The notes below the pieces were generated by a model, which was not told where the DNA came from, searched no databases, and saw nothing but the letters and a program-made list of their open reading frames with translations. Shown here piece by piece: positions 51,115 through 51,866 of a stretch of 51,866 nucleotides of DNA. Position numbers and translations under genes: made by a program. The DNA is from Pseudohongiellaceae bacterium (lineage in GTDB: Bacteria; Pseudomonadota; Gammaproteobacteria; Pseudomonadales; Pseudohongiellaceae): positions 1 through 51,866 of the forward strand of contig JBIIWM010000001.1 in the NCBI GenBank assembly GCA_044338875.1. The letters are read 5' to 3'. Each line of letters begins with the position of its first letter. Within the stretch, counting starts at the first letter, position 1.

Positions 51115-51866
51115 GTGGCCTCTTCCATTACGCTCCATACTTTGCAGGAAATGAAAAAGCGCGGTGAGAAATTCGTTTGCATCACAGCCTACGACGCGCT
51201 TTTTGCCGGACTGGTGAGCAAGGCCGGTGCAGAAGTCATTCTGGTGGGTGACTCCCTTGGCATGGTGTTGCAAGGGCATGATTCGACCCTGCCTGTGACC
51301 ATGGACGACATGGTCTACCACATGCAGTGCGTCAAACGTGGCAACCAAGGCGCGTTGTTAATGGGTGACCTGCCCTTCATGTCGTATGCCTCTGAAGCCC
51401 AGACACTTGAGAATGCAGCGCGCCTTATGCGCGCCGGTGCCCATATTGTAAAACTTGAGGGCGGGGCCTGGATCGCGGAAACCACACGCCTGCTGACCGA
51501 GCGCGGTATTCCCGTGTGCGCACATATGGGCCTTACCCCCCAGTCCATCAATCGCATTGGCGGCCATCGTGTGCAAGGGCGCAATCCTGATGCTGCCAAC
51601 ACCATGATCGAGGAAGCCAAATTACTGGAGTCGCAGGGTGCCAGCATGTTGCTGGTGGAATGCATTCCCGCAGCGCTGGCATTGCGTATATCCCAGAGCC
51701 TGCATATTCCAGTGATCGGTATTGGTGCCGGTCCTGTTGTCGATGGCCAGATCATGGTATTGCATGACGTGCTTGGCATTTCGCCCATCACGCCGAAATT
51801 TGTCAAAAACTTTCTGGTGGAATCAAGCACCGGAATTCCGGGCGCCATTACGGCCTATGTCAACGC
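51115..51866 (+). CDS. panB: 3-methyl-2-oxobutanoate hydroxymethyltransferase; the 3' end lies beyond the window
   Basis: Manual translation from GTG 51115 (or TTG 51109; a stop lies at 51106) gives ...[12 protein letters not shown]...[28 protein letters not shown]...KLEGG...[10 protein letters not shown]...IGIGAG. The frame is open to the window end. It is missing from the ORF track because it is open-ended. Confidence 0.9.
   Translation, partial: MASSITLHTLQEMKKRGEKFVCITAYDALFAGLVSKAGAEVILVGDSLGMVLQGHDSTLPVTMDDMVYHMQCVKRGNQGALLMGDLPFMSYASEAQTLENAARLMRAGAHIVKLEGGAWIAETTRLLTERGIPVCAHMGLTPQSINRIGGHRVQGRNPDAANTMIEEAKLLESQGASMLLVECIPAALALRISQSLHIPVIGIGAGPVVDGQIMVLHDVLGISPITPKFVKNFLVESSTGIPGAITAYVN

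Overview
The window is a chromosomal segment of a gammaproteobacterium. It has two blocks of Pseudomonas-type gene order, judged from my recollection of that order rather than a database search. It is almost fully coding, with about 52 protein genes.

Block 1 (1-33520) runs: sspB-sspA, petA plus a fused cytochrome b/c1 gene, rpsI-rplM, zapE/zapG, cysD-cysNC, a roughly 10-kb accessory catabolic cluster, yciH, an AlgW/DegS-like protease, hisD-hisG-murA-ibaG-mlaC, then kdsD-kdsC-lptC-lptA-lptB-rpoN-ptsN-rapZ-npr.

The accessory cluster contains a TetR regulator, a TonB-dependent receptor, a long acyl-CoA dehydrogenase, two aldehyde dehydrogenases, a LigW-like decarboxylase, a CI-like HTH protein and a YciI-like protein.

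Between the blocks lie mgtE, yjgA, apbC, hppA, a coiled-coil lipoprotein, a MetY-like PLP enzyme and a small Rieske protein.

Block 2 (41533 to the end) runs: dksA-gluQ, a cbrX-like small ORF, cbrA-cbrB, pcnB, a deoxynucleoside kinase and panB (partial).

I recognised no rRNA, tRNA, CRISPR array, transposase or integrase.

The most interesting signals are:
- DksA carries a roughly 210-aa Lys/Ala/Pro-rich histone-H1/AlgP-like N-terminal extension, including six in-frame 12-bp tandem repeats.
- A roughly 300-nt CrcZ-like RNA lies between cbrB and pcnB. It has a sigma54 promoter, GTTAC upstream sites, (AAN)n tracts and a strong terminator.
- An orphan unit between the TetR gene and the TonB receptor combines a near-consensus sigma70 promoter, a palindromic operator, a structured RNA of about 175 nt and a terminator.
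- The CysNC APS-kinase domain has degenerate catalytic motifs.
- Cytochrome b and c1 are fused in one frame.
- pcnB must start at a non-canonical codon.
- Several genes normally conserved in this neighbourhood are absent (mlaFED, mlaB, hpf, hisC, folK).
- Two perfect short tandem duplications and a strong hairpin sit in intergenic DNA.
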